This document shows positions 39,553-48,971 of a stretch of DNA of 64,000 bases, one piece after another. Position 1 is the stretch's first letter, and every line of letters starts with the position of its first letter. Location of the stretch: the NCBI GenBank assembly GCA_965218795.1, contig OZ244653.1:3712001-3776000 (forward strand). The letters run 5' to 3'. A model generated the notes under the pieces. It was given only the letters and a program-made list of their open reading frames with translations, made no database searches and was not told where the DNA came from. The position numbers were made by a program, and so were the translations under genes. The stretch comes from a bacterium (GTDB taxonomy: Bacteria > UBA8248 > JACPRG01 > G963555815).

Positions 39553-39636
39553 GCTCCTGTGGGGGAAACGGTAAACGCACCGGCTTTGGAAGCCGGCGGC
39601 CTTCAAGCCTTGCGGGTTCGAGTCCCTCCAAGGGTA
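39553..39636 (+). tRNA. tRNA-like RNA: type II (Leu-like) body with TGG (Pro) anticodon, possibly a pseudo-tRNA
   Basis: D-loop GGTAAACG; anticodon arm CCGGC-TTTGGAA-GCCGG; variable arm GGC-CTTCAA-GCC; T-loop GGTTCGAGTCC; discriminator A. One mismatch each in the acceptor, D and T stems. Confidence 0.65.
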
Positions 39637-40116
39637 GTATGGATTGCCTTACATGGAAAAAAGAATATTGGACTGGCTCGCGGCATGTCAACCTCTTGCC
39701 TTCGCTCCCCTGGCCGTCCGCGCAGTGGTATGGACCCCTGGTGAGGGCTCTCGGGGACAAGCTTCAATCAAGGGGCCGGGATCCATTTCCTGGATTCCCG
39801 CGTGCGCGGGAATGACCGTCTGAGGGCCTGTCCTCGAACGCCGCGCCGCCCATCAAAATCCCCGTCCGTCGATGCACCGCCGTTGCAAGGCCCGTGCATG
39901 CCCCTTGCACGGTGTCGCCGGCCGGCAACCCGTCGATCATTCCTGCCTTGAAGAAGAATCGATGGAACCCCGGCCCAATCGGGATCCCCGCCCTTCAATC
40001 ACTCCCCCCTTGAGGGGGAGTCGGCAAGGCGCGGCCGAGCCGGTGGGGGGAGTGGTCGAAGACGCGCGGTCCACGCCCGCCCGTTTCAGCTTCTTTTTTC
40101 CGGGGATTCTCGAAGC

Positions 40117-41502
40117 CTAGAACTGGCGGACGAAACGCAGCTCGGCCCGGGTGCGCTTGTAGTCGTACAGCTGGGCGTTGGATGCGCGTTCCTCGTTCAC
40201 CACCACGAGCTGCGGGCTGAACCCGAAGACCGTGAAAACGCGGTTGAACACCGAGGCCTGCACGATCCGGGTCCGGTCCTCCCGGGACGAGTCGTCCGTC
40301 GTGAACGGGAACCACCCGCCTTCGTATTGCGTCCAGCGCATCTCGCCGCTGCCGCCCACCGTGAAGCCGTAAGGCAGGGCGATGGAGGCCCCGAGCCGCG
40401 CCCAGCCGGTCTTGTTGCGCCAGGGCTGCGACTCCGTGCGTTCGCGCCCGTAGCCCACCGTGGCGTGGGTCCGGATCGTGGACGTGGCCAGCCAGGCGCC
40501 GCCCAGCGAGGCGGCCAGGCTCGAGCCGTCCAGGTGCTCCCTTTCCTCGTACGTCCGCTCGTGCCAGGAGGCCCGCCCCCGGGCCGTCAGTTTTCGGGTG
40601 AAGCGGTGATTGACCTCGAGGCGGGCGCCGAGCGCAGTGTCGTTGTGTGCATCGTTGTCGACTACACTGTCCTGGATCTTGCCGCCGGTCCAGCGCCGGC
40701 GGGCGCTGCCGAGCAGGCTGAGTTCCGTGGCCGGGCCGGCCCTCCAGCGCGGCCCGGCGTGCAGCGAGACGAACATCTGATCGAATTCGTTGCCCTCGTA
40801 TTCCCGGCGGGACACGTCCGCGCCCAGGCGCAGCCCCAGGCGCTTGCCCAGCGGATGCTGGTATTCGCCGCCGCCCCACAGGATGAGCCCCACCCCCGAG
40901 CTTTCTCCTTCGAACGCGTTGCGGCGGAAGGGCAGGTCGTGGATGTAGATGATCTCCGAGTCCGAGACCGCGCTGATGTTGGTGTCCGGCGCGATCGAGA
41001 AGCCGAAATAAGTGCGCCAGCGCCGGCGCGCCCGCATCGCCGTCAGGAAACGCCGGACATTCTTGGCCACCAAGGGCGGCGGCTTCCCCGCCAGCACGCG
41101 CTCGAAATGCTCCCGGGACAGGCCGTCCTCGCGTTTGAAGAAGAACGCCCGGGCCAGCTCCAGGCGCACGCGCACCAGGCCGGGACGGTTGATCAGGATG
41201 GCGCGCAGCGCCGCGATCGCCTCGTCCAGCAGGGTGGTCTTTTCCTTCTCCTTGCCTGCCGGCAGACGCCTGGACGCCTCGATGGCCGACAGGCCGACGA
41301 GAAACAGAACCTCCGTCCTGTCCCGATGGCCCTTGGCCAGCGGGCGCAGGATGCGCAGCGCCTCGATATGGCGGCGTTGTTTCATCAGGGCCCGCGCGTT
41401 TTCTACCCGGGGGTCTTTGGAAACATGAGAGCGGGCCTGGGCGTCCGGGGCCGGGACGTGGAAGAGGAGGATGAGCACGAAGGCGAGGATCGATTTTCTC
41501 AT
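40117..41502 (-). CDS. Surface lipoprotein assembly modulator (Slam/DUF560, type 11 secretion) outer-membrane protein
   Basis: Signal peptide; TPR-like RVRLELARAFF; APDTNI; C-terminal barrel ending SNAQLYDYKRTRAELRFVRQF. Confidence 0.85.
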   Translation of the reverse strand: MRKSILAFVLILLFHVPAPDAQARSHVSKDPRVENARALMKQRRHIEALRILRPLAKGHRDRTEVLFLVGLSAIEASRRLPAGKEKEKTTLLDEAIAALRAILINRPGLVRVRLELARAFFFKREDGLSREHFERVLAGKPPPLVAKNVRRFLTAMRARRRWRTYFGFSIAPDTNISAVSDSEIIYIHDLPFRRNAFEGESSGVGLILWGGGEYQHPLGKRLGLRLGADVSRREYEGNEFDQMFVSLHAGPRWRAGPATELSLLGSARRRWTGGKIQDSVVDNDAHNDTALGARLEVNHRFTRKLTARGRASWHERTYEEREHLDGSSLAASLGGAWLATSTIRTHATVGYGRERTESQPWRNKTGWARLGASIALPYGFTVGGSGEMRWTQYEGGWFPFTTDDSSREDRTRIVQASVFNRVFTVFGFSPQLVVVNEERASNAQLYDYKRTRAELRFVRQF

Positions 41503-41560
41503 GGATGATGTTTTCTCATGGACGATGGACGGAAAAGGAGGGCGGCCGCGCGGCCGATGT

Positions 41561-42047
41561 CCTGAATCTTCCTCATCTTTTCAGAAACCGGCCGTGTTTT
41601 CAAGTCCGTTCAAATCCCTGGTTACGGCCCGTTAACCCCCGATTTACGGGCCTTTTTCCATGATGGCGATGATATGCCCGACGCGCGCCGTCGCGGAGGA
41701 TGGCGAATTCCCGATCCCCTGGTTCCCGCCCGCCCCGCCTGGCGTGCAGCCGTTGCCGGTCGGTGCACACGCCCGTCATTCCCACGGAGGCAACCGGAGC
41801 CTGTCACCCCGGCAGGCTTCAGGCCGGGGTCCACTTTCTGGATTCCCGCGTGCGCGGGAATGACAAGCAGAGGCCCTGCCCTCGAACGGTCATCCCCGAA
41901 GGTGGTAGTCGGGGGGTCCAGGGGCAGAAACCGCCCCATCCCCCATCCCGTTTTACCCCTGCAACACCCGTCCGTCATTCCTGCGTGCTTCAGGCAGGAA
42001 TCCAGGAAAAACGCCAAGGGTGTATGAGGCATTGTTGGACCCCCGCC
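41561..42047. repeat. 487-bp direct repeat, copy 1 (copy 2 at 44917-45403)
   Basis: Near-identical sequence; duplicated spurious ORFs at a constant 3356-bp offset. Confidence 0.95.
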
Positions 42048-42604
42048 CGCAAGCGCGCCGGTGGGGCCGGGTTCCCAAGGCGTCGCGTCTCCGCAACAGA
42101 CTGCTTCGCATGGATGAATTCATCTCCCTTTGTCATGCCGGCGCCGGTGTGCCCAATGAAAGACTGGCGACGGTCCTTGCAGGCCCGAGAACAGTCGGGC
42201 GAAGCGCGCAAGGAGCAAGGGCGGGAATGACAAGCAGAGGCCCTGCCCTCGAACTCGGAATATCTTCCCCTGAAAGCTCGGTCCATTGATGCGGCCCCTT
42301 CCGACATCACTCCCCCCTGCCTGTCTGCCGACTAGGCAGGCCGGCCAGGCAGGGGGGAGTGGTTGGAGCGTCGCCCTCAATGTCTCGTTATCTATCCGGC
42401 GCATTGCTCTGGGAGGGGAGTGATTACAAGGATCGACACGCGGCCCGTCATTCCTGCGAAAGCTGGAATCCAGAAAGAAACTCAGACCGTGCGGTGGCTG
42501 CATCGAGAATGACGGCGGCGGACGTGGACGTTAGCATCGGCCTGGGTGTTACCGGACTTGTGCTGAGAGTTCTGGCGTGATTCGGCTGGTTGCCCCTTGA
42601 GCCT

Positions 42605-43090
42605 TCATACGGAGAGGGAGAATGATCCGTCAGGGCCGTTGTATACGAACAGGCAATTCGCCAGCATGTCCCGCCCTATCAATGCGATCAATCCCTGGGG
42701 TTCAAGATTCGCTCCATACGCTCTTGTCGTCTCTATGTTTTGAGGGAGGCCTGAGATATTCAAGCGGCCAGCGAATATTGGCACTATCTCATTCTGATGA
42801 GTCGCTGAGGTCATTGGCCCGCTATCGACAAGGGCCAGCCCCGCTTTTTGAGCTGTCTTCTGATCAATGCAGGTCGAGCTTGCTCCCGAATCAATCAGTG
42901 CCCACCCCACAACAGGTGTCGGCGGAGTCTCGCCTTTGTCGGCGAAGGATTTGATCTGAGCTTCGAGGGGAGACAGCGTGATTTGCACTCTCGGACCAAG
43001 CTGTTGCAGGCCCGCGCCCGGAGGTGAAGGGACAGGCTCCCCATGCTGGTCCTTCCTCTGAGCTTCGACGCGTCCATTAAGGATCGGCAA
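42605..43090 (-). CDS. Retropepsin-like (clan AA) aspartyl protease
   Basis: ALIDSGASST and ALIGRDML motifs. Confidence 0.85.
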   Translation of the reverse strand: MPILNGRVEAQRKDQHGEPVPSPPGAGLQQLGPRVQITLSPLEAQIKSFADKGETPPTPVVGWALIDSGASSTCIDQKTAQKAGLALVDSGPMTSATHQNEIVPIFAGRLNISGLPQNIETTRAYGANLEPQGLIALIGRDMLANCLFVYNGPDGSFSLSV

Positions 43091-43340
43091 CGAGCGGAAC
43101 TCCTACAGACAGCGCGGGGATGCTCGGTGCCTCCAAATCATCAGGCTGCAAGACCGACCGAACCAGAAAAGGTCCCGCCCCGAATAACTTGGCGCCATCG
43201 GTTACGCCCTGCTCATAGGTCTCGAAGGCTCCATGGATAACGTTCCCTTTGATGAGCAAGTACTTCCCCGGATATTTTTCTGCAAGTTCCGGTTGATTCG
43301 CCCTCAGATATACCTTCTCTTCAGCAAGGGGATCCGTCAT
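43077..43340 (-). CDS. DUF5678-like small protein, translationally coupled to the protease
   Basis: ELAEKYPGKYLLIKGNVIHGAFET; overlaps the protease start. Confidence 0.7.
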   Translation of the reverse strand: MTDPLAEEKVYLRANQPELAEKYPGKYLLIKGNVIHGAFETYEQGVTDGAKLFGAGPFLVRSVLQPDDLEAPSIPALSVGVPLVADP

Positions 43341-43821
43341 TTGTCCATCTCCCGTCCCGCGTCCTGTGCTCCTGCAATGTGTTTTGATTGGCATATTCAG
43401 GACATTCAACCCCGTTGGGTTATTGGAGTCAACAAGCTATTGCTCGCCGGCCGGGCCGCCGGCGTAGGCTGACAGGAATCTCAGGCCGTGTGGCGGCTAC
43501 ATCGGGACGGCGGCAAGCAAGACGCCTTCGACCGTCTTCTCCCCCCGACGGGCGCGGCTGCGGACTTTGTCCTTGCCTGAGTGCCCCCCCACCGCATCAG
43601 CCTTCGCCTGACGGCTCGGCTTCTCCCCCCCTCAAGGGGGGGTGATTTGCGAGGGCGGATTCACCGTTTCGAACGATCAGACAGGCAGACGCAAGGCCGG
43701 TTCGTCCGGCGGTCGGGCGTTGCCGTTTTCTACATGGGAACTGGGAACGATGGGAGCGGATTGCGGGTTCTTCCTCACGCCGTACGACTAAGGAAAGGGC
43801 CGCCGGTGGGAGGGCAGCCGC

Positions 43822-44061
43822 CTAATTCGCCGGGGCCGGTCCCGTGCGCGCGATGAGCTCCTTCAGGGCCGTCATCGACTCGGCGTGAGCCGCTTCGTGA
43901 GCTTCCATGGTCTCGGCGTGGGCCTGCATGTACTCGGCGTGGCGTCTTTCGCCTTCCTGGTTCCGGCGTTCGCTCGTCACCAGCATGGTCCGCAGCCCAT
44001 AGGCGATCAGCGCGCATTGAACGATGCCGATGAGCGAAGCGGTCCATTCGTAGATCGTCAT
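43822..44061 (-). CDS. Small single-TM / helical protein, copy 2
   Basis: Paralog of 34967-35173 with extra HAExM units. Confidence 0.7.
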   Translation of the reverse strand: MTIYEWTASLIGIVQCALIAYGLRTMLVTSERRNQEGERRHAEYMQAHAETMEAHEAAHAESMTALKELIARTGPAPAN

Positions 44062-44590
44062 CTGATTCTCTCCTCGCCGGCGTCCATTCGCCGCCGTTCA
44101 CTCACTGATAATATATGACGTTTTCAGTTCTCATCAACAGGCCGCCCCCTTTTCAGGGCCGTCGGTGAGGCGAGCGACGAAGTCCGAAGCCGAGTCGGTG
44201 GGGGGGGTGGACAGGTGAGGGGGACATCGGACGCCGACGCACCCGGCAAGCTCTAAGCATCGCTTATGCCCGCCTTCCTTCAGGGGAGAAAAGGTCCCCG
44301 GAAACGTCGATGCAAGGGCGTTGCAAAGCCCGTGCACGGGTCTTGCACGCGGGCCGGGCAGGTCGGGGAACACGCCGGTGGACACCCCCCACCGCATCAG
44401 CCTTCGCCTGGCGGCTCGGCTTCTCCCCCCCTCAAAGGGGGGAGTGGTTGTTAGGACCGCTCGTCCGTCATTCCTGCGTGTTGCAAGCAGGAATCCACAA
44501 TCAAGGGGGGGAGAGGAGCGGGCGTGGGGTTGCGGGTTCTTCCTCACGCCATACGACTAAGGAAAGGACCGCCGGTGGGAGGGCAGCCGC

Positions 44591-44812
44591 CTAATTCGCC
44601 GGGGCCGGTCCCGTGCGCGCGATGAGCTCCTTCAGGGCCGTCATCGACTCGGCGTGAGCCGATTTGTAAGCCTCCATCGCCTCGGCGTGGCGTCTTTCGC
44701 CTTCCTGGTTCCGGCGTTCGCTCGTCACCAGCATGGTCCGCAGCCCATAGGCGATCAGCGCGCATTGAAGGATGCCGATGATATTCGCAGCGATCCATTC
44801 GTACATCGTCAT
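44591..44812 (-). CDS. Small single-TM / helical protein, copy 3
   Basis: Paralog of copies 1 and 2. Confidence 0.7.
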   Translation of the reverse strand: MTMYEWIAANIIGILQCALIAYGLRTMLVTSERRNQEGERRHAEAMEAYKSAHAESMTALKELIARTGPAPAN

Positions 44813-44916
44813 CTTTTCCTATCCTCGCCCGCGTTCATTCGCCGCCATTCATTCACTGATAATATATGGCGTTTTCGGATGGCGTCCCGCTTCGCCGACG
44901 GCATGGTCGTCGGCAC

Positions 44917-45403
44917 CCTGAATCTTCCCCATCTTTTCAGAAACCGGCCGTGTTTTCAAGTCCGTTCAAATCCCTGGTTACGGCCCGTTAACCCCCGATT
45001 TACGGGCCTTTTTCCATGATGGCGATGATATGCCCGACGCGCGCCGTCGCGGAGGATGGCGAATTCCCGATCCCCTGGTTCCCGCCCGCCCCGCCTGGCG
45101 TGCAGCCGTTGCCGGTCGGTGCACACGCCCGTCATTCCCACGGAGGCAACCGGAGCCTGTCACCCCGGCAGGCTTCAGGCCGGGGTCCACTTTCTGGATT
45201 CCCGCGTGCGCGGGAATGACAAGCAGAGGCCCTGCCCTCGAACGGTCATCCCCGAAGGTGGTAGTCGGGGGGTCCAGGGGCAGAAACCGCCCCATCCCCC
45301 ATCCCGTTTTACCCCTGCAACACCCGTCCGTCATTCCTGCGTGCTTCAGGCAGGAATCCAGGAAAAACGCCAAGGGTGTATGAGGCATTGTTGGACCCCC
45401 GCC
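44917..45403. repeat. 487-bp direct repeat, copy 2
   Basis: Matches 41561-42047. Confidence 0.95.
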
Positions 45404-45580
45404 GCATCAGCCTTCGCCTGTCGGCTCGGCTTCCGCGACTCCCCCTCAAGGGGAGAGTGGTTGTTGGGGCCGCCGCCACACGGTCTGTCATTCTTCCTGG
45501 ATTCCTGCTTCCGCAGGAATGACAGGATTTAGTTTTCATTCTGAGGCGAGCGACGAAGTCCGAAGCCGAGTCTGTGGACA

Positions 45581-46681
45581 TTCCTGCTTCCGCAGGAATG
45601 ACAGGATTTAGCTCTCCGTTGAGATTTTGAGCCAGTCCGTCACCCCGGCAGGTCTCAAGCATGCCCTCGAATGCTTGAATCGGGGGCAGGGGTCCACTTT
45701 CCTCTGGATTCCAGCCAATGCCTGTGGCCGCAGGTCTTCAGGAAGGTCGGGTGTGTCGGCGCACGATTACTCCCCCGCCTGTTCGTCCCCCCACCGGCTC
45801 GGCTGCGCCTTGCCGACTCCCCCTCAAGGGGGGAGTGGTTGATTAGGTTGGCCCTCCGTGTCTCATTCATCAGGCGTATGGCTCGGGGACGGGGGAGTGA
45901 TTGATAGAGCCGCCAGCCAGCCCGTCATTCCTGCGTGCCGCCGCCACACGGCCTGTCATTCTTTCTGGATTCCTGCTTCCGCAGGAATGACAGGATTTAG
46001 CTCTCCGTTGAGATTTTGAGCCAGTCCGTCACCCCGGCAGGTCTCAAGTATGCCCTCGAATGCTTAAATCGGGGGCAGGGGTCCACTTTCCTCTGGATTC
46101 CAGCCAATGCCTGTGGCCGCAGGTCTTCAGGAAGGTCGGGTGTGTCGGCGCACGATTTCTCCCCCGCCTGTTCGTCCCCCCACCGGCTCGGCTGCGCCTT
46201 GCCGACTCCCCCTCAAGGGGGGAGTGGTTGATTAGGTTGGCCCTCGGTGTCTCATTCATCCGGCGTATGGCTCGGGGACGGGGGAGTGGTTGTTGGGGCC
46301 GCCAGCCAGCCCGTCATTCCTGCGTGCATCCGCCACACGGCCTGTCATCCTTCCTGGATTCCTGCTTCCGCAGGAATGACAGGATTTAGCTCTCCGTTGA
46401 GATTTTGAACCGGTCCGTCACCCCTGCAAGTTTCAAGCATGCCCTCGAATGCTTGAATCGGGGGCAGGGGTCCACTTTCCTCTGGATTCCAGCCAATGCC
46501 TGTGGCCGCAGGTCTTCAGGAAGGTCGGGTGTGTTGGCGCACGATTTCTCCCCCGCCTGTTCGTCCCCCCACCGGCTCGGCTGCGCCTTGCCGACTCCCC
46601 CTCAAGGGGGGAGTGGTTGATTAGGTTGGCCCTCGGTGTCTCATTCATCCGGCGTATGGCTCGGGGACGGGGGAGTGGTTG
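45581..46681. repeat. Tandem array of about 2.8 x 389-bp units built from palindromic modules
   Basis: Unit starts at 45581, 45970 and 46359; the ORF track shows triplicated ORFs at +389. Confidence 0.95.
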
Positions 46682-46756
46682 AAGGAATGATGCGCGGGCG
46701 GGCAGGGGAGAGGGTGCGGCGGGGGTGAGTTTGCGGGTTCTTCCTGGACGCCGGAC

Positions 46757-46790
46757 AAAAAAAGGAGGGCGGCCGATTGGCCGCCCTCCT
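46757..46790 (-). terminator. Rho-independent terminator of the lipoprotein gene
   Basis: GGAGGGCGGCC-AATC-GGCCGCCCTCC followed by T7. Confidence 0.85.
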
Positions 46791-46831
46791 CGTCGTTATG
46801 TCTTGAAGCGATGTGCTTCCAGCTTCTACTA

Positions 46832-48871
46832 CTACTCCTTCTCAGCGCCGAACGCGCCGACCATCCGGCCGATTGTGCTGAACTCGGAATAGAACGTGCC
46901 GGTTACACTGGTCGGGATGTTGCTGCCATCGCCGACCGGGGCGTTTCCGGGCTTCTCGTCGTACATCTGCCCGCTCCAAGTGCCAGACTCCGCCGCCTTG
47001 TTGCCGTCGATGGACCAGACGGTGCCTTCGGCAGTGGTGTTGGTCGTGTCAGCCGTTGACGTAAACGCGCCATTAGTACCCCACTGTGCACGGTTCAAAG
47101 TGACACTCCACGGCACCGACTTATCGTTGGCCATGAAGTTGTCGATCGTTCCGGAAACGCCTCCGTTGTTTGGAGCATCGTTCGTCCCGAACTTGGCGGT
47201 CAGGGTAGCGTCCGCCGTGAAGTGGCCGCCGTCGCCGGTGCCATCAACCGGGTTGTTCATGGCGAATTTGCCGGCGGCGTGGCCGGCATAGGTGGCGCTG
47301 CCTGTGACCGCCGACTCGGGATCGTCAGTCAGAGCGTCAATCATGCCTCCTATGCCAGTAAACGCGCTGGCCGCCGTCGGCATGCCGTCCTTGTCCTTGC
47401 TCACCCACCAGCCGTAATACAGGTAGTTGGCATCGGGTTGATGCGCCATCGCATTGGCACCGGCGTCGGGCTTGAAATGCCAGGTTCCACCCAATTCGCT
47501 CGGGCTGCCCTTGTCGTCGTTGGCCGAGGAGCAAGTCCCCGTGCAACGGTACCTCCCCGGTGCGCCGTCGTAGGTGCCGCGGGTGTAGAACGCGTTACTC
47601 TCGTCGGGTATCGGGTGATTCTGCGTTCCCGAGTGCGCGAAGGCGGTGGCCATGACGTACGTGAGGTTTTCGTCGATCACCTCCACGTAACCCTTGTTCG
47701 GGCCATCTGCTGTTATGATGATATGTCCTGCATCGGCAAAGGACACCGTCTTCCCTGATCCCTTGTTCGTGTACACCACTGCCGCGTTCATCACCTTCGT
47801 ACCGGCGTCCGTGTGGGCGTAGTTCATGCCGTTCCAGGACCCCAGCGCCCCGGCGGAATCGCCAGCCTTGAGGATCGCGACGGGCGGGGTCACGCCGGTA
47901 GCGTGCGCTCCCGCGCCGGCAGCGGCGGTAACCGTGAGATCTGTCGCCCCTAAGGCTACTGTGGCGTTATCCAGCGCGGTCGTGTTGGCCGTATCGGTCC
48001 CCGCCAGCGCCGCGTACATGGCCTTGCCTGTGTCGGCCATGGCCTTCATGTCCGCCATGTTCTTCTTGTCTATGGCAAGGTCTATGGCAACCATGCGGCT
48101 CTTCTTGGCGCTGGAAAGCTGGCCCCCAAGCGTGTCGAGCGTTCCTTGGGCGCTGGCAACGTCAGCATCGCCTTCGGGAAGGTCTTCCGCGCCGCCAATC
48201 GCTGCCTTGAGAGCGGCAACCGCATTGTCGGCCGCCGTCACCTGAGCATCGGTGGCGTCATCGTCCACCATGTTGACCGCTGACCGGGCCGCCGTGACGG
48301 CGTTTGAGATATCCGTGCGCTGCGCCATCATCCGCCCTGCGGTGTCGAGACCGGTCTGCGCCATTCGCACGGCTTCGCCGGCCGTGTCGAGCTGCGACTG
48401 GTATATGGCCTTGTCGGCGTCGCTCACGTCGTCCGCTGCGTCCAGCGCCGCCTGAAGCGCGACGATGGCGGTGTTCGCAGCGGCGATGGCTTCCGCAGTC
48501 GACAAGTCGGACGTGTCGACCATGTCGGCGGCCGTCATCAGCGCTTGCTTTTGATCCGCTTGCCGAGTCATTGCCATCAGCGCATCGACGCGGGAGTCGA
48601 CCGCGGCTTGCAGCTTCTCGCCCTCTGCGGCGGTGACGTCGTCTTTAACCGCGTCGTAAGCCGCCTGGGCGTCTTCCGCCGTCTCGGCTCCCGCGATGGC
48701 CGCTTTTGCCTTCTTGTACGCCGTCGGCTCAGGCATCGTCATACCATCACCGTCCATGTCGGCCGTGCTGGTGCTGCTGCCGCCGCCGCAGCCCGCCACG
48801 GTAACCGCGAACAGGAGCGCCAGCGCAACCACGTGAAATTTGCTGATCGACTTCTTCAAACAGAACAACAT
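46832..48871 (-). CDS. Surface lipoprotein with Ala-rich helical stalk and C-terminal TbpB-like beta-barrel (probable Slam cargo)
   Basis: Lipobox VAGC-GGGSS; YLYYGWW, GSATYAGHAAG, FTADATLTAKF, SGTIDNF; ends VGAFGAEKE; GGAGG RBS before ATG 48871. Confidence 0.85.
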   Translation of the reverse strand: MLFCLKKSISKFHVVALALLFAVTVAGCGGGSSTSTADMDGDGMTMPEPTAYKKAKAAIAGAETAEDAQAAYDAVKDDVTAAEGEKLQAAVDSRVDALMAMTRQADQKQALMTAADMVDTSDLSTAEAIAAANTAIVALQAALDAADDVSDADKAIYQSQLDTAGEAVRMAQTGLDTAGRMMAQRTDISNAVTAARSAVNMVDDDATDAQVTAADNAVAALKAAIGGAEDLPEGDADVASAQGTLDTLGGQLSSAKKSRMVAIDLAIDKKNMADMKAMADTGKAMYAALAGTDTANTTALDNATVALGATDLTVTAAAGAGAHATGVTPPVAILKAGDSAGALGSWNGMNYAHTDAGTKVMNAAVVYTNKGSGKTVSFADAGHIIITADGPNKGYVEVIDENLTYVMATAFAHSGTQNHPIPDESNAFYTRGTYDGAPGRYRCTGTCSSANDDKGSPSELGGTWHFKPDAGANAMAHQPDANYLYYGWWVSKDKDGMPTAASAFTGIGGMIDALTDDPESAVTGSATYAGHAAGKFAMNNPVDGTGDGGHFTADATLTAKFGTNDAPNNGGVSGTIDNFMANDKSVPWSVTLNRAQWGTNGAFTSTADTTNTTAEGTVWSIDGNKAAESGTWSGQMYDEKPGNAPVGDGSNIPTSVTGTFYSEFSTIGRMVGAFGAEKE

Positions 48872-48898
48872 AGAGTGAGTCCTCCCCGTTCTCGTGAT

Positions 48899-48971
48899 AA
48901 GGCCCCTGTGACTAGGCCCCTCTGAAAAGGCCCCCGTGAAAAGGCCCCCCGTGAGAAGGCCCTCCGTGAGA
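48899..48971. repeat. Five 14-15-bp tandem units AGGCCCC(C)(C)GTGA upstream of the lipoprotein gene
   Basis: Directly visible; C-tract length varies between units. Confidence 0.8.

Noticed and set aside
45581-46681. Triplicated 71-77-aa ORFs or a CRISPR array
   Set aside because: The ORFs are translations of palindromic repeat modules; whole units are near-identical with no spacers.
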